This document shows positions 49,135 through 59,170 of a stretch of DNA of 64,000 nucleotides, piece by piece. The DNA is taken from the NCBI GenBank assembly GCA_031288475.1, contig JAITRJ010000045.1:8743-72742 (forward strand), given 5' to 3'. Position numbers and translations under genes: made by a program. Source of the DNA: Helicobacteraceae bacterium. GTDB taxonomy: Bacteria; Campylobacterota; Campylobacteria; Campylobacterales; SZUA-545. The notes below the pieces were generated by a model. The model made no database searches. It saw only the letters and a list, made by a program, of their open reading frames with translations, and was not told where the DNA came from. The stretch's first letter is position 1; each line of letters begins with the position of its first letter.

Positions 49135-51404
49135 CACTTCCGTCCGCACAGAATTTGAAATTCGCACCCGCCGCACGGTGTCAGCCTTTCGCATTGGGCA
49201 AATTCGTGGCGGGGCGCTTTGTATCTTTCTATATACCCGCAAAGCTCCTTGTAGCGATCGCCCTCGATCGGCTCAAGCCTGCCGTTGCGCAGATAGTAAT
49301 AGGCGGCGGAGACGTTTTCGTATTCAAAGAGCAGCGCGCGGTATATCTCAAGCTGTAATTCATTCCAGCTCGGTTTTTGGCTGCCGCTTTTGTAGTCCAG
49401 CACAATCGTCTCCTCGCCCCGCCGATCAACGCGATCGATCCGTCCGGTAAGCTCTACGCCGTTTACCGCCTTTGTCCGCCTCTCCTCAATTACCGTTATC
49501 CTCCACCCCTCGTTAAAGCGTCTCTCCTCATTTGCGCAAAATTCCTCCAACCGCCTCTCCCACAGCCGAATTTCAAACGCCTCCCGCGCGCTTGCCGTAT
49601 ACTGCGAAATATGGGCGATAATCCGATTTTTCAGCACCGTCCCGCTGCCAAAAATACGCGGCTCCTCCGTAGCGACGGCGGCGAGCGCGAGGTGAAGTTT
49701 CGTACCGATCTCTGCAGCAACCGTCTTCGGCAGAAAGCGATCGTCCTCTTTCAGACGCGCTACATAGCGGTAATAAAACTGCCTTTCGCACAAGAGGAAA
49801 CTGGCAAGCCCGCGCGCGCTCAGCGGAATCTTTGTCAGATCGGCGGAGCTGTCGATCGGCGGCTGCGGGAACGTCCGCTTTGGGGGCGTGAAAAACGGCG
49901 TCGCATCGATCTCCATTGCAATCGGCTCGTTTTCTATGCCGAGTTCCGCGATAAAACTGCTGGGACGCGAATCGTCATTAACAACGCATATGATCGTCCT
50001 GTACTCGGAGCGGGCGAAGAGCCGCCATAAAAACGACCGCTGCAGATCGGCGCGATCAAAGCGGGTGGGAAGCGAAACCTTTTCGCGCACCGCAGTGTCC
50101 AGGAATAGGTCTTTGCTGCTCTTTTTGGGTAGAAATTCCTCGTTAAAATCCGGCACGATCACCGCTTCAAAACTGACAGCGCGTGTTTCCAGCACTCCCA
50201 GAACGGTAACTTTGCCGCCGCCGACGTCGTCAAAACTTTTCTCCCTGAGTACGCTCAGATAAAGCCTAAGCGCCTCTTTCGCGCTTACGCCTTCGTCTAT
50301 GATTGGCTTCAGTTCCGCGAGCGCCTCCGCCGCCAATGGCTTTTCGTTCTCGTCCGCCAACTGCAGGAGCGTCTCAAGAATCCCGCCGCCCGATTCTTCA
50401 AGACGCTCCGCTACCGCGGCAAGCAGTCCCTTTTGGGCGCACTCCCGCTTAAAAGCAAGAGCAAGAGCCGGAGACTCTTCCCTGCGGCTTAAAACAAGCA
50501 GGCTTCTGTAGAAGGCGCTCGTCTCAAAACTAAACCCAAAGGCGTAATTGAAGGCTCTCCAGCGATCAAAGCGGCGCAAATACGCAGCAAAACTCTCATC
50601 CGGCAGCACGACGGCTATTTCGCTTGGATCAACGCCGCGATCAATAAGCGCGAAAACTTCGGAGATGACGATCAGCGCCTGTTTCGCCCGCGTGTCAGCG
50701 CTCAGCAGGCGGAATTCGGGAGTAAACGCTATCGTCTTCCGCGCGGTGATCGCACGGCGCGTGAGATCGTAATCCACCTCGCTGGCAAGGGGCAGATCGC
50801 CAAACGCGGCGCTCAATTTGTGATCAAAAGGACTTAGCGCGATCTTCAGCGTTGTCGGCACAGTCTGACTCACGCTCTCCAACAGCTTTCGCTCAAAGCT
50901 CGAAAGCGCCCCTTCGATCACAATCTCAACCCGATCAAACTCGCCAAGCCAGCCGAGATTCAACGCGTAATCCCTTGCCAGCATAGAACGATCGGCGAGA
51001 TTTCTTTCGGTCAGCAACGCGTAGTAGCGATCCCTAAGCTCTTTTAAGATGGCGATATGATCGTCGTATTCCGCATACGTATCACCTCTTAAAAGCTCTT
51101 CCGGTTCCACCCCTTCAAGGCTCAGTTCGTCAAAAAAGTCAAGAAAGAAATCGGCGTGATCCAAAAAGGCGAGAAAATCCCCGCTTATGCCAAGCCACAC
51201 GCTTTGTTTTATGTCGGCGCACGCCCTTTTTAACATAACAATCCGCGTTATCCGATCGCACAGCGCGCGCTCCGGCATAACCGCCACTCTGGATTCCAAT
51301 TCGCCGATTGTGAGAATTTTGACAATGGTGTTATTAAGTTTGTCGAGAGATTCCCGTCGGGCGCGGGAAGTGGGCGCTACAACAAGAGCGCGCCTATTTC
51401 GCAT
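49134..51404 (-). CDS. addB: AddB PD-(D/E)XK nuclease subunit
   Basis: Start MRNRRAL; GVLETR, GRIDRVD..LDYKSG and Fe-S cysteines (C..CGGCEFQILC); lies upstream of addA. Confidence 0.88.
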   Translation of the reverse strand: MRNRRALVVAPTSRARRESLDKLNNTIVKILTIGELESRVAVMPERALCDRITRIVMLKRACADIKQSVWLGISGDFLAFLDHADFFLDFFDELSLEGVEPEELLRGDTYAEYDDHIAILKELRDRYYALLTERNLADRSMLARDYALNLGWLGEFDRVEIVIEGALSSFERKLLESVSQTVPTTLKIALSPFDHKLSAAFGDLPLASEVDYDLTRRAITARKTIAFTPEFRLLSADTRAKQALIVISEVFALIDRGVDPSEIAVVLPDESFAAYLRRFDRWRAFNYAFGFSFETSAFYRSLLVLSRREESPALALAFKRECAQKGLLAAVAERLEESGGGILETLLQLADENEKPLAAEALAELKPIIDEGVSAKEALRLYLSVLREKSFDDVGGGKVTVLGVLETRAVSFEAVIVPDFNEEFLPKKSSKDLFLDTAVREKVSLPTRFDRADLQRSFLWRLFARSEYRTIICVVNDDSRPSSFIAELGIENEPIAMEIDATPFFTPPKRTFPQPPIDSSADLTKIPLSARGLASFLLCERQFYYRYVARLKEDDRFLPKTVAAEIGTKLHLALAAVATEEPRIFGSGTVLKNRIIAHISQYTASAREAFEIRLWERRLEEFCANEERRFNEGWRITVIEERRTKAVNGVELTGRIDRVDRRGEETIVLDYKSGSQKPSWNELQLEIYRALLFEYENVSAAYYYLRNGRLEPIEGDRYKELCGYIERYKAPRHEFAQCERLTPCGGCEFQILCGRK

Positions 51405-51945
51405 AAACGATTTTTTCCAGATACGCGCTTTTGCCGCTCGTCGTGTTGATAGCTGCGGTGATTTTATATCGGCTTTCGTTCTCAATCACAAATATCGGAG
51501 TCTCGTAGCGCCTCTCCGGCTTGTTGTAGACAAGCGCGAGCGTTACTTCAAAATCGCTTGCTCCCATTCTGCTCACCTGCGCCGTAATGTTGGCGTCCTC
51601 AACCGTTAGTCCGCTTTGATCGCTTAACGTAACCGCGAAGCGGTTGTTGCCAAGCGTAAAGGCGTGATCTAAACGCTGAATACCGCCTCTGATATGCGAA
51701 ATTTCGATCTGTTCCGGCGAGTGGTGGTTCGTAATGATTTCCGCCGCGTAGCTGGCAAAAAAAAGTTCCTGATTTTTCACAATCGAATCGTAATTTTTGT
51801 CCACTTTCTGATAGGTCTGCATAAACTGCGTCTCTACATTGACGGGAAAAACATAGCGGGAAAGCAGCCACAGCGCCATAAGGGAGACGAACATAAAAAA
51901 CAGTGCGGCGACAATAATGTACGGGGCTTTTGATTTGCCGCTCAT
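51394..51945 (-). CDS. FixH/CcoH-like membrane-anchored protein
   Basis: N-terminal TM helix and PV...FMQTYQKVDKNYDSI; lies downstream of the cco operon. Confidence 0.65.
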   Translation of the reverse strand: MSGKSKAPYIIVAALFFMFVSLMALWLLSRYVFPVNVETQFMQTYQKVDKNYDSIVKNQELFFASYAAEIITNHHSPEQIEISHIRGGIQRLDHAFTLGNNRFAVTLSDQSGLTVEDANITAQVSRMGASDFEVTLALVYNKPERRYETPIFVIENESRYKITAAINTTSGKSAYLEKIVYAK

Positions 51946-52583
51946 CTTCCGCCTTTTCTGTTTCTGTACCATATAAGCGCGAAGCCGCTTAAAGTTAAAG
52001 CCAGCATAATCCTGATAACCCACATAAGACCATCGTAAAAGTTTTTGCTTCCGCTTCCAATTGAACTTTTCAGCGCGACGCCCTCCTGTTCGGCAAGAGT
52101 ATCGACGATAAACGCGATGCCGTTAAGCAATCCGGCGCTGAGCTGCTGCTGAAGGGTAATGTCCTTTCTGATTTCGACAAAGAGTGGAATGGTGTAGTCG
52201 TCCAGCACCTCGTCCTTATCGATCCGTTTGGAGAGATCGTCGGACGCAACAAGCTCGATCTGCCTGTCGATTCTGCTGATGGTGATTAGTACGAACGGCG
52301 GCGCAAGATCACCAGCGATCCGTTTGGAGTAAACTGCGATCGTTTCGTTGTTCTCCAGCTTATCGATCGCCGAAAGATAGACCCCTATGCCCGTTTCTTT
52401 CCTGAGATCGCGGCACATCTCTTCTATTTTAACAATCGCCTTGTTCAGAACTACATTGTCGTTGTGCAACACGAATTCTCCTGTTAGTCTGCTTGTGGTC
52501 TCGTCTGTTTTGGCTGCATTGTCGTCCGGATTTTCGGCAAAAAGGGAGATTGCCAGTAAAAATGGCAAAAAAAATATCTTCAT
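51942..52583 (-). CDS. TPM-domain-like membrane protein
   Basis: Signal peptide, ETGIGVYL, SAGLLNG and C-terminal TM helix; in the cco cluster. Confidence 0.6.
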   Translation of the reverse strand: MKIFFLPFLLAISLFAENPDDNAAKTDETTSRLTGEFVLHNDNVVLNKAIVKIEEMCRDLRKETGIGVYLSAIDKLENNETIAVYSKRIAGDLAPPFVLITISRIDRQIELVASDDLSKRIDKDEVLDDYTIPLFVEIRKDITLQQQLSAGLLNGIAFIVDTLAEQEGVALKSSIGSGSKNFYDGLMWVIRIMLALTLSGFALIWYRNRKGGR

Positions 52584-52639
52584 TACTCTTCTTTACGTGT
52601 GAGGGTATAATCGCGGAGGGAAGACCCCTCCGCGCATGT

Positions 52640-52729
52640 TCAGCCGATAAAAACGGCGCCGCCGACAGTTACGGACCAAACAGAGATGACCGCAAGCGCG
52701 ACCATCAGCAAAACAAGTATTTTTTCCAT
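52640..52729 (-). CDS. 29-aa single-TM small protein in cco cluster
   Basis: GGAGGGG RBS then MEKILVLLMVALAVISVWSVTVGGAVFIG*; not in ORF track. Confidence 0.7.
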   Translation of the reverse strand: MEKILVLLMVALAVISVWSVTVGGAVFIG

Positions 52730-52741
52730 ATCTGTCCCCTC

Positions 52742-53002
52742 CTACTTAACTTTTACGGCTGGAGGAGCTTCGTTGAAACCCAGCCCCTGAAGATTTTTGT
52801 AACTATCCCCCACGCTTTCGGGATTAGCCACCGTAGTGCCGACAACGACATACGGATTGTTCGCGGTACTTTGTTGCGTCAGCAGTCCAAGCGTAGTCAG
52901 CACGCCGACGATGCTAAGAAGCAGAACGACCGCGATAAGCATTCCTGTAATGCCGTTGAGTGCAAAGTAACCGCCGCCGCTGTAAGCATTGTCCCTGCTC
53001 AT
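52742..53002 (-). CDS. DUF4006 family cbb3-associated small protein
   Basis: FALNGITGMLIAVVLLLSI; overlaps the ccoP stop. Confidence 0.8.
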   Translation of the reverse strand: MSRDNAYSGGGYFALNGITGMLIAVVLLLSIVGVLTTLGLLTQQSTANNPYVVVGTTVANPESVGDSYKNLQGLGFNEAPPAVKVK

Positions 53003-53631
53003 TGTGCGCCTCCTTGAGTCAGATATGCCGCAACCGCCTTGTAGTGCAGATCGGTAAACGTACCCACCTGCTCAAACGATGGCATCGTGCCTATATCACC
53101 TTTAACCCCAGCCTGAGCAAACCCGGTAATAGTTATTTCGCCTACGCCGTCTGCCCATTCAGGACCACTGTATTTCCGCAGATCCGCCGCCCTACCATTC
53201 AAACCGTCTTTGGTCAGTCCGTGACATTGAGAGCAGTTGGCGATATACACCGATTTTCCCATCGCTATCAGTTTAGCGCCGCTGATGTCGCTCCATGTCT
53301 TTTCGTATTGAGCGTTGTACTCTTTTATTTCGGTGTTGAGTTCGCCGATCTGCGTATATGCGTTTAACGGATAGCCCGCCAGCCAATACCATATCGCCCA
53401 TATCAGCATAAGGGCAAAGCTGAGCGTCCAGCCTACCGGTACCGGGGAGTCATATTCTTTGATACCGTCCCATTCACCTTCGCTAAATCGGGCGCCTCCG
53501 CCTTTATGTTCCTTGATCTGCTTGAAGTAGAGCGCAACGATCGCCACTGTGATGATCACCACAGCAAAGAAACCGATTCCTCCCAACAAGTTGATCGTGT
53601 TATTTGAACCTAAGAGCGATTCAATTTGCAT
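52999..53631 (-). CDS. ccoP: cbb3 cytochrome c oxidase subunit III (short, single CxxCH)
   Basis: WDGIKEYDSPVP.GW, CSQCH and GDIGTMP. Confidence 0.88.
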   Translation of the reverse strand: MQIESLLGSNNTINLLGGIGFFAVVIITVAIVALYFKQIKEHKGGGARFSEGEWDGIKEYDSPVPVGWTLSFALMLIWAIWYWLAGYPLNAYTQIGELNTEIKEYNAQYEKTWSDISGAKLIAMGKSVYIANCSQCHGLTKDGLNGRAADLRKYSGPEWADGVGEITITGFAQAGVKGDIGTMPSFEQVGTFTDLHYKAVAAYLTQGGAQ

Positions 53632-53828
53632 CTCTCATCCTTTTTACTGTTATTTGCCTCAAAAGGTGTATCGTCCAACGCATCATTTAAAACAAGGTTG
53701 GAATAATCTTCGTAATGCTTGCTGCGTTCCCTGCTGCCGTACATATGCACAATGTACCATACGAGCAAAACCGTGCCAATCGCCATAACGAAGAAGTAGA
53801 TATAGCCTTTGATGACCAGATAGTCCAT
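53610..53828 (-). CDS. ccoQ: cbb3 oxidase subunit CcoQ
   Basis: TM helix plus YEDYSNLVLND; lies between ccoO and ccoP. Confidence 0.85.
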   Translation of the reverse strand: MDYLVIKGYIYFFVMAIGTVLLVWYIVHMYGSRERSKHYEDYSNLVLNDALDDTPFEANNSKKDERCKLNRS

Positions 53829-53835
53829 TGTCCGC

Positions 53836-54498
53836 CTACTTCCTGCTGTTCAGGTATGCTATGAGCGCGACGACTTCTGGAATGTTGCCATTCTTCACCG
53901 CGTCTTTTAGCTTCTGATCTTTCAGATCGACAGCAATCGCTTCCGCTTCCGCCAGAGCAATCGCCTTCGCGCGGTTCAGATCGTTCGGCGGTACCTGCTC
54001 GTCTGTATACGGCGTCTTGAATATGCTCTTAACCGTCAAAGCTTCCGCGTAAGCGGTCGCGATATCGGCGGTTTTGTTGTATAGCCATGGATACGGAGGC
54101 ATTATGGAACCACTGACCAGCGCCGCTGGATCTTTGAAGTGATCTTCATGCCATTCGGTCGTGCGATAGTTGCCTATGCGCATCAGATCGGGACCAGTGC
54201 GTTTTGAACCCCAAAGGAACGGACGATCGTAAGCGTATTCCCCGCTGAGCGAATATGGACCGTATCGGTCAACCTCGCTTTTGAACGGGCGGATAAGCTG
54301 CGAATGGCAGGCGTTGCAGTTCTCTTTCATGTAGATGTTCTTGCCCGCCAGCTGTAAAATGGAGTACGGTTGCTTGCCTACAACGGGACGAGACGCTTGA
54401 GCAAATCCCGGAAGGATTTCCACCAGACCCGCGAACGCGATAGTAACAAATACGAACACCGCAAAAAAGAACGGATTTTTTTCTAACCAGTGAAACAT
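53836..54498 (-). CDS. ccoO: cbb3 oxidase subunit II
   Basis: CNACHSQLIRP, WGSKRTGPDL and SIMP. Confidence 0.95.
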   Translation of the reverse strand: MFHWLEKNPFFFAVFVFVTIAFAGLVEILPGFAQASRPVVGKQPYSILQLAGKNIYMKENCNACHSQLIRPFKSEVDRYGPYSLSGEYAYDRPFLWGSKRTGPDLMRIGNYRTTEWHEDHFKDPAALVSGSIMPPYPWLYNKTADIATAYAEALTVKSIFKTPYTDEQVPPNDLNRAKAIALAEAEAIAVDLKDQKLKDAVKNGNIPEVVALIAYLNSRK

Positions 54499-54508
54499 CT
54501 ATCCCTCC

Positions 54509-55996
54509 TTAATTTGCCGAGATCGGCGTAGCCGAAACCGGTTCTTTTTCTAGTTTCTCGCCGCTGGTCATAGATTTGATCAGGTTCCATGTGAAGATGA
54601 GGAAACCAAGCAGGTACAAAAGCCCGCCAACGCTGCGAATGGCGTAATACAAATGCAGCTCGTTAACGGTACTGATGAAGCTGTACGCCAGACTGCCGTA
54701 TTCGTCAACCGCACGCCACATTAAGCCTTGCGTGATACCCGCGATCCACATACTAGAGAAGTAGAGCACAATGCCCGTCGTCTGAATCCAGAATTGAATG
54801 TCGAGCAGCTTTGCGCTGTAAAGCTTGCGCCCGTACATACGGGGAACCATATGGTAAGCCGCGGCCATAATGCTGAACGCAACCCAGCCAAGCGCGCCAT
54901 CATGAACGTGCCCCACGATCCAGTCGGTGAAGTGCGCCAGAGCATTGACCGATTTGATCGACTGAATAGGACCTTCAAGCGTCGAGAACATATAAAATAC
55001 CGACGCGAGGATCAGCATCTTGATGATCGGATTGGACGTTACCTGCTGCCACTGCCCACGCAATGTCAGAAGGAAGTTAATCGCAGTACCCCAAGAGGGC
55101 AGGATCAGAACCACTGAAAAAACAGAACCCATCGTTTGCATCCAGTCCGGAACGGTGGAATAGATCACATGGTGACCGCCCGCCCAGAGATAAACAAACA
55201 GCAATGACCAGAAAGAATAGAGGGACAGTTTGTATGAAAACACGGGCTGTCCCGACTCCTTCGGCATAAAGTAATACATAACCGCGATCACAGCGGACGT
55301 AAAGACGAACGCGACAGCGTTATGCCCCCACCACCACTGAACCAGCGCGTCATTAGAGCCTGAATACATAGAGACCGAATGCCACAGCGATCCAAAACCA
55401 CTGGCCAGCGCGGTAGGAACTTGCAGGTTATTGAAGATGTAGAGCATAGCGATCGCGAGGAATGTCGCGATGAAGTACCACATTGAAATGTAGAGACCCT
55501 TTTCGCGGCGAACTCCGATCGTCCCCCACATATGAAGACCCCAGATAACCCAAAGAACAACGATCAGTAGGTCAATAGGCCATGCCAGCTCGACATATTC
55601 CTTGTTCTGCGTAATACCAGCGAACAATGTAACGACCGCAAGCGCCAAGATCACCACGTATAGCCAGAAGTGAATCAGCGACAACGCTTTAAGAAACGGA
55701 AACTCGTTGAACGATACCTTCAGGACGCGCTGTGATATGTAATACCAGGCAGCCCAGATACCGCTTAACGTAAAGCCGTAGATAATGCCGTTCGTGTGAA
55801 GCGGACGCAAGCGCCCAAAAGCGGTAAATTCGCCTAAGTCGCCGAGAACTCCGCTAAGGTTGAACGCGGGCCAGGCAAGCTGGAACGCAAGCAACACACC
55901 GACCAACATACCGATAATGCCGAAGATCACCATCGTATAGGTGAAGAGCTTGGCGGCTGTGTAGTCGTAACTAAGCGATGCACTTGAAGATTGCAT
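54509..55996 (-). CDS. ccoN: cbb3 oxidase subunit I
   Basis: GRLRPLHT, QWWWGHNAV, GGHH and GHVHDGALGW. Confidence 0.97.
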   Translation of the reverse strand: MQSSSASLSYDYTAAKLFTYTMVIFGIIGMLVGVLLAFQLAWPAFNLSGVLGDLGEFTAFGRLRPLHTNGIIYGFTLSGIWAAWYYISQRVLKVSFNEFPFLKALSLIHFWLYVVILALAVVTLFAGITQNKEYVELAWPIDLLIVVLWVIWGLHMWGTIGVRREKGLYISMWYFIATFLAIAMLYIFNNLQVPTALASGFGSLWHSVSMYSGSNDALVQWWWGHNAVAFVFTSAVIAVMYYFMPKESGQPVFSYKLSLYSFWSLLFVYLWAGGHHVIYSTVPDWMQTMGSVFSVVLILPSWGTAINFLLTLRGQWQQVTSNPIIKMLILASVFYMFSTLEGPIQSIKSVNALAHFTDWIVGHVHDGALGWVAFSIMAAAYHMVPRMYGRKLYSAKLLDIQFWIQTTGIVLYFSSMWIAGITQGLMWRAVDEYGSLAYSFISTVNELHLYYAIRSVGGLLYLLGFLIFTWNLIKSMTSGEKLEKEPVSATPISAN

Positions 55997-56125
55997 GCTA
56001 CCTCCTTATGGGTTTAGACACAAAATTGCAATTTGAATAATAACTAAATTTTTATTTAAATGATCGCTAATGAACCCGCAACAGCAGAGGATTGAATAAG
56101 ATAAAAATAGTGTGATTTGTTCGGT

Positions 56126-57124
56126 TCAGTAGAGTTTTAACCGCGTTTTATACAGCCAGAATGTGAACAAAAACCATACCAACGGAACAAGCAGCGTCCA
56201 GAAACCGCCGTTTTTACCCACCAGAAGCGCGGGTATGAAAAACAGCACGCTAAGCGCCAGAGCGGTCGGTCCCGTATAGTTTTTGACGACGCGTGGATGG
56301 TGAATGCCCAGCATAGCGGCGGGCATTGATAGAGGCAGAAACAGAACGCTCAAAATCGTCCAGACGAGTTTTCGCTTATAATCCGGATTCTGCCAGTGCG
56401 CCGCTACCCCGTTGTACTGAAGTTCTCTGATCCTGCTGTTTTCGTTGAAACGCATCCGTTCAAAATCTATCTGCCTGATCGCGTCTTCGCCTATGTCGTA
56501 GCTTCTGCCGTTAAGGAGATTGAGAGTAAGCAGCCCACCCTCGTTCCGCATCTGCGCTCTGTCCGAAATGATAAACCGCTCGCCGCCGCTGCCGCGCGAA
56601 TAAAGCGCTATTCCTTTGTAATCCTCCCTGTCCTCCTCGCCCACAAACAGCAGCCAGTCGCCGAAACGCTGCCCAAACTCGCCGGCGCGTATATTAATCT
56701 GCGCGTCGTCGCGTTTGGCGTATATGATCTCTTTTCTGAGGTAGTCGGATTTCGCGCTGACCACAAAGCCAAGCAGGGCGAGGATCAGGGCGAGAACAAC
56801 GGCGACAAACATAAAAGGGCGCATAATACGCGAAACCCCCACCTTAAAGCCAAATATCACCACCATCTCCAGATCGCTTGAAAGTCTGGAAAGGCTCAGC
56901 ATAACGGCGACAAAAAACGACACGGGCAGCGTGTACAGCACAATCTCCGGCAGTTGAAAAACGTACAGCAGCGCCATCTCCGAAAGAGTGGTCTTGATCA
57001 TTGAGGAGTACGAGGCGATCTGCACGAACGACACAACCGAAGCGATCATGACCAGCGAACCAAAAAGCGGGAAAAAACTTCCCCACAGGCTTACAAGCAG
57101 GTAGCGATCAAGAAGGCTTCTCAC
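56126..57124 (-). CDS. LptF/LptG family LPS export permease
   Basis: LDRYL, LPVSFF..RLSSDLEM, GEFGQRFGDW and TM pattern. Confidence 0.8.
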   Translation of the reverse strand: MRSLLDRYLLVSLWGSFFPLFGSLVMIASVVSFVQIASYSSMIKTTLSEMALLYVFQLPEIVLYTLPVSFFVAVMLSLSRLSSDLEMVVIFGFKVGVSRIMRPFMFVAVVLALILALLGFVVSAKSDYLRKEIIYAKRDDAQINIRAGEFGQRFGDWLLFVGEEDREDYKGIALYSRGSGGERFIISDRAQMRNEGGLLTLNLLNGRSYDIGEDAIRQIDFERMRFNENSRIRELQYNGVAAHWQNPDYKRKLVWTILSVLFLPLSMPAAMLGIHHPRVVKNYTGPTALALSVLFFIPALLVGKNGGFWTLLVPLVWFLFTFWLYKTRLKLY

Positions 57125-57126
57125 CC

Positions 57127-57750
57127 TCAGTCATCACACCAATGCGTATGGCCAGATTCGTTGTCTATGGCGATACAATGCGATTCGTTGTCCGCGCCTA
57201 ACGTTATGGTACATACGTCTTCCAGTCGACTGAAATTGACACCATTCCATACGTATGGTCTGCCCATCTCGTCAAACCCGATCATTCCAGCGCCTCCCGG
57301 TGGCGCGCCGCAGCTTCCGCCGAAAGTTAGGCTGCCGACATCCTGAGAAGAGAGTGCCATTTCATCCGTTATCTGATCGCCGCTTAAACCGGCGATACCC
57401 GCGAAACCGCCGCTTAACCGCCCGCTTGTCAGCGGATTTAAGGCGATATTGTCAATTGTGCCCGGCGTGTTAAAAGCGGCGGCAGAAGAATCGACTTTAA
57501 AAATCGTATAGCTTCTGTCGCCCGCGCTGTTGATATATATCCGCCAGCGTCTCCTCTGCCAATTTGCGTCGCCCGATCTGTATTGATCCTCCATCACCGC
57601 CAGATGCTGCGTGTATTTGATGTCTGTTATCAACCTGGTCGCCGCCGCCGCCAGCTTGTTATCAGAAAACATAGTCGTCGCGATCGCCGTCAGAATAGCG
57701 ACGATCACTATAACGGAGATCAGCTCTATAAATGTCATGGCTTTTCTCAT
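57127..57750 (-). CDS. Type IV minor pilin (FimT/MshC-like)
   Basis: MRKA|MTFIEL prepilin site; DIKYTQHLA and FDEMGRP. Confidence 0.75.
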   Translation of the reverse strand: MRKAMTFIELISVIVIVAILTAIATTMFSDNKLAAAATRLITDIKYTQHLAVMEDQYRSGDANWQRRRWRIYINSAGDRSYTIFKVDSSAAAFNTPGTIDNIALNPLTSGRLSGGFAGIAGLSGDQITDEMALSSQDVGSLTFGGSCGAPPGGAGMIGFDEMGRPYVWNGVNFSRLEDVCTITLGADNESHCIAIDNESGHTHWCDD

Positions 57751-58139
57751 GGGACTTGCACCGTCCTTCTGTTGTACCTAATCGGCATGTCTAGATTTGG
57801 CGCCTCGACAACGACGTCAACGATAGCCGTCCCGTTTATGTCGTCGCTGATGCCCGCTTCTGCGATAAAGCGTACCGTTATGTTTATAGCGAACGGATCA
57901 GCCTGAATTTCTGCGTTATGCGTGGACAAGCCTGCCCCTGTAGGCAAAATACTCCCCTCTGAAATTTTCAGTACCGTATATTCGGTTGCGCTGCGCGCCA
58001 GCAACTCCGCCTGCGTCCGTAGGAAAGCCTGACTCTTCTGCACCGATGTCGTGGCAGCTAGGGAAAGTATCGCTATCGCCAGCGCGGCTATGGCGACCAT
58101 CAGAAAAATCCCCGTTACAAGTGAAAATCCCCTTCTCAT
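57747..58139 (-). CDS. Type IV minor pilin, PilX/MshP-like (no Glu5)
   Basis: MRRG|FSLVTGIF hydrophobic helix and QAELLARSATE; start at 58139. Confidence 0.65.
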   Translation of the reverse strand: MRRGFSLVTGIFLMVAIAALAIAILSLAATTSVQKSQAFLRTQAELLARSATEYTVLKISEGSILPTGAGLSTHNAEIQADPFAINITVRFIAEAGISDDINGTAIVDVVVEAPNLDMPIRYNRRTVQVP

Positions 58140-59170
58140 AGCACAACCTTTTCGCGGCAGAACTGCATTTCGCGCCTTACGGCGGGGTCTTCGGCGCCGG
58201 CGATTATCTCGCTTGGAAGAACGCACAGCACCAGCCGCACAACGCTGCCCTGCTCCTTAAACAAAAAATTCGTAACGTCTCTGAGCATAACGGTTCTTTT
58301 GCCATCGGCATATCCTTCTCCAAGCCACGGGCGATAATCGTAATATAAAACCAGATCCCCGCTTTCGTCCGCCGGATCCGCTTTTTCAACTGTCAGAGCG
58401 TAGGCGCTCCGGACGATATAATAGTTTATCAAGCGTGCGGTGCCAGTCGCGGAAGAAGGCACCCTATCCCAAGTTCCCGAATAACCATATGACTCAAGCG
58501 TTATATTCCGATCGGTAGCAACCGGCTTGATACGAAAGTAGCTGTAGGTATCGCCGCTTTGCGACCAGCCCCAGCTGTTGTTCTGATCGCTGTAATAGTC
58601 GCCGCGCAGATCGTCGCCCGCAAAGACAAAAACTGAACAATCTCTGTCAGCAAGGCTGCTGTTGCTCCAGTCTGTGCATTGATCGATTCCGGCGCCGATC
58701 ATACTCGCGCCGATCATCTCGGATTCTGTAGTCCATGCCGTCGTCAGGTTGCTGCGCGGAAGATAAAATCCCTGATCGGAGATTTTGTACGCCGCGCCGC
58801 TCCAGCCCACGTTTCCGCCTGCATCGTTGGCGCGCTGCGATTCGTAGGATATGCCCACCCACTCAAGCATAGGGTAGGTGGTATCAATATTTTCGTGATT
58901 AAGCGGCAGTATGCTCGGCGGCGGCGCGCCTGCGCCCCCCGGCAGCCTGCGTCCGATCACGCTGTTTTTGATCCTGTACTGAAGCCGCGCCGCTATAATG
59001 TCCAGCGTCCGCCGCGTATCGTTCTGCCCCCGTTCAAAATCGCGGGAGAAGATGTACTGCTCGTAGACCCGCATAATCACATCCGCGCTCACCGTCCCCA
59101 CAATGGCGATAATCACCAGCGCGAATACAAGTTCAATCAGGGTGAAACCGCCTCTTTTTAATCTTCTCAT
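58136..59170 (-). CDS. Type IV minor pilin (PilW/MshO-like)
   Basis: MRRLKRGG|FTLIEL prepilin site. Confidence 0.75.
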   Translation of the reverse strand: MRRLKRGGFTLIELVFALVIIAIVGTVSADVIMRVYEQYIFSRDFERGQNDTRRTLDIIAARLQYRIKNSVIGRRLPGGAGAPPPSILPLNHENIDTTYPMLEWVGISYESQRANDAGGNVGWSGAAYKISDQGFYLPRSNLTTAWTTESEMIGASMIGAGIDQCTDWSNSSLADRDCSVFVFAGDDLRGDYYSDQNNSWGWSQSGDTYSYFRIKPVATDRNITLESYGYSGTWDRVPSSATGTARLINYYIVRSAYALTVEKADPADESGDLVLYYDYRPWLGEGYADGKRTVMLRDVTNFLFKEQGSVVRLVLCVLPSEIIAGAEDPAVRREMQFCREKVVL

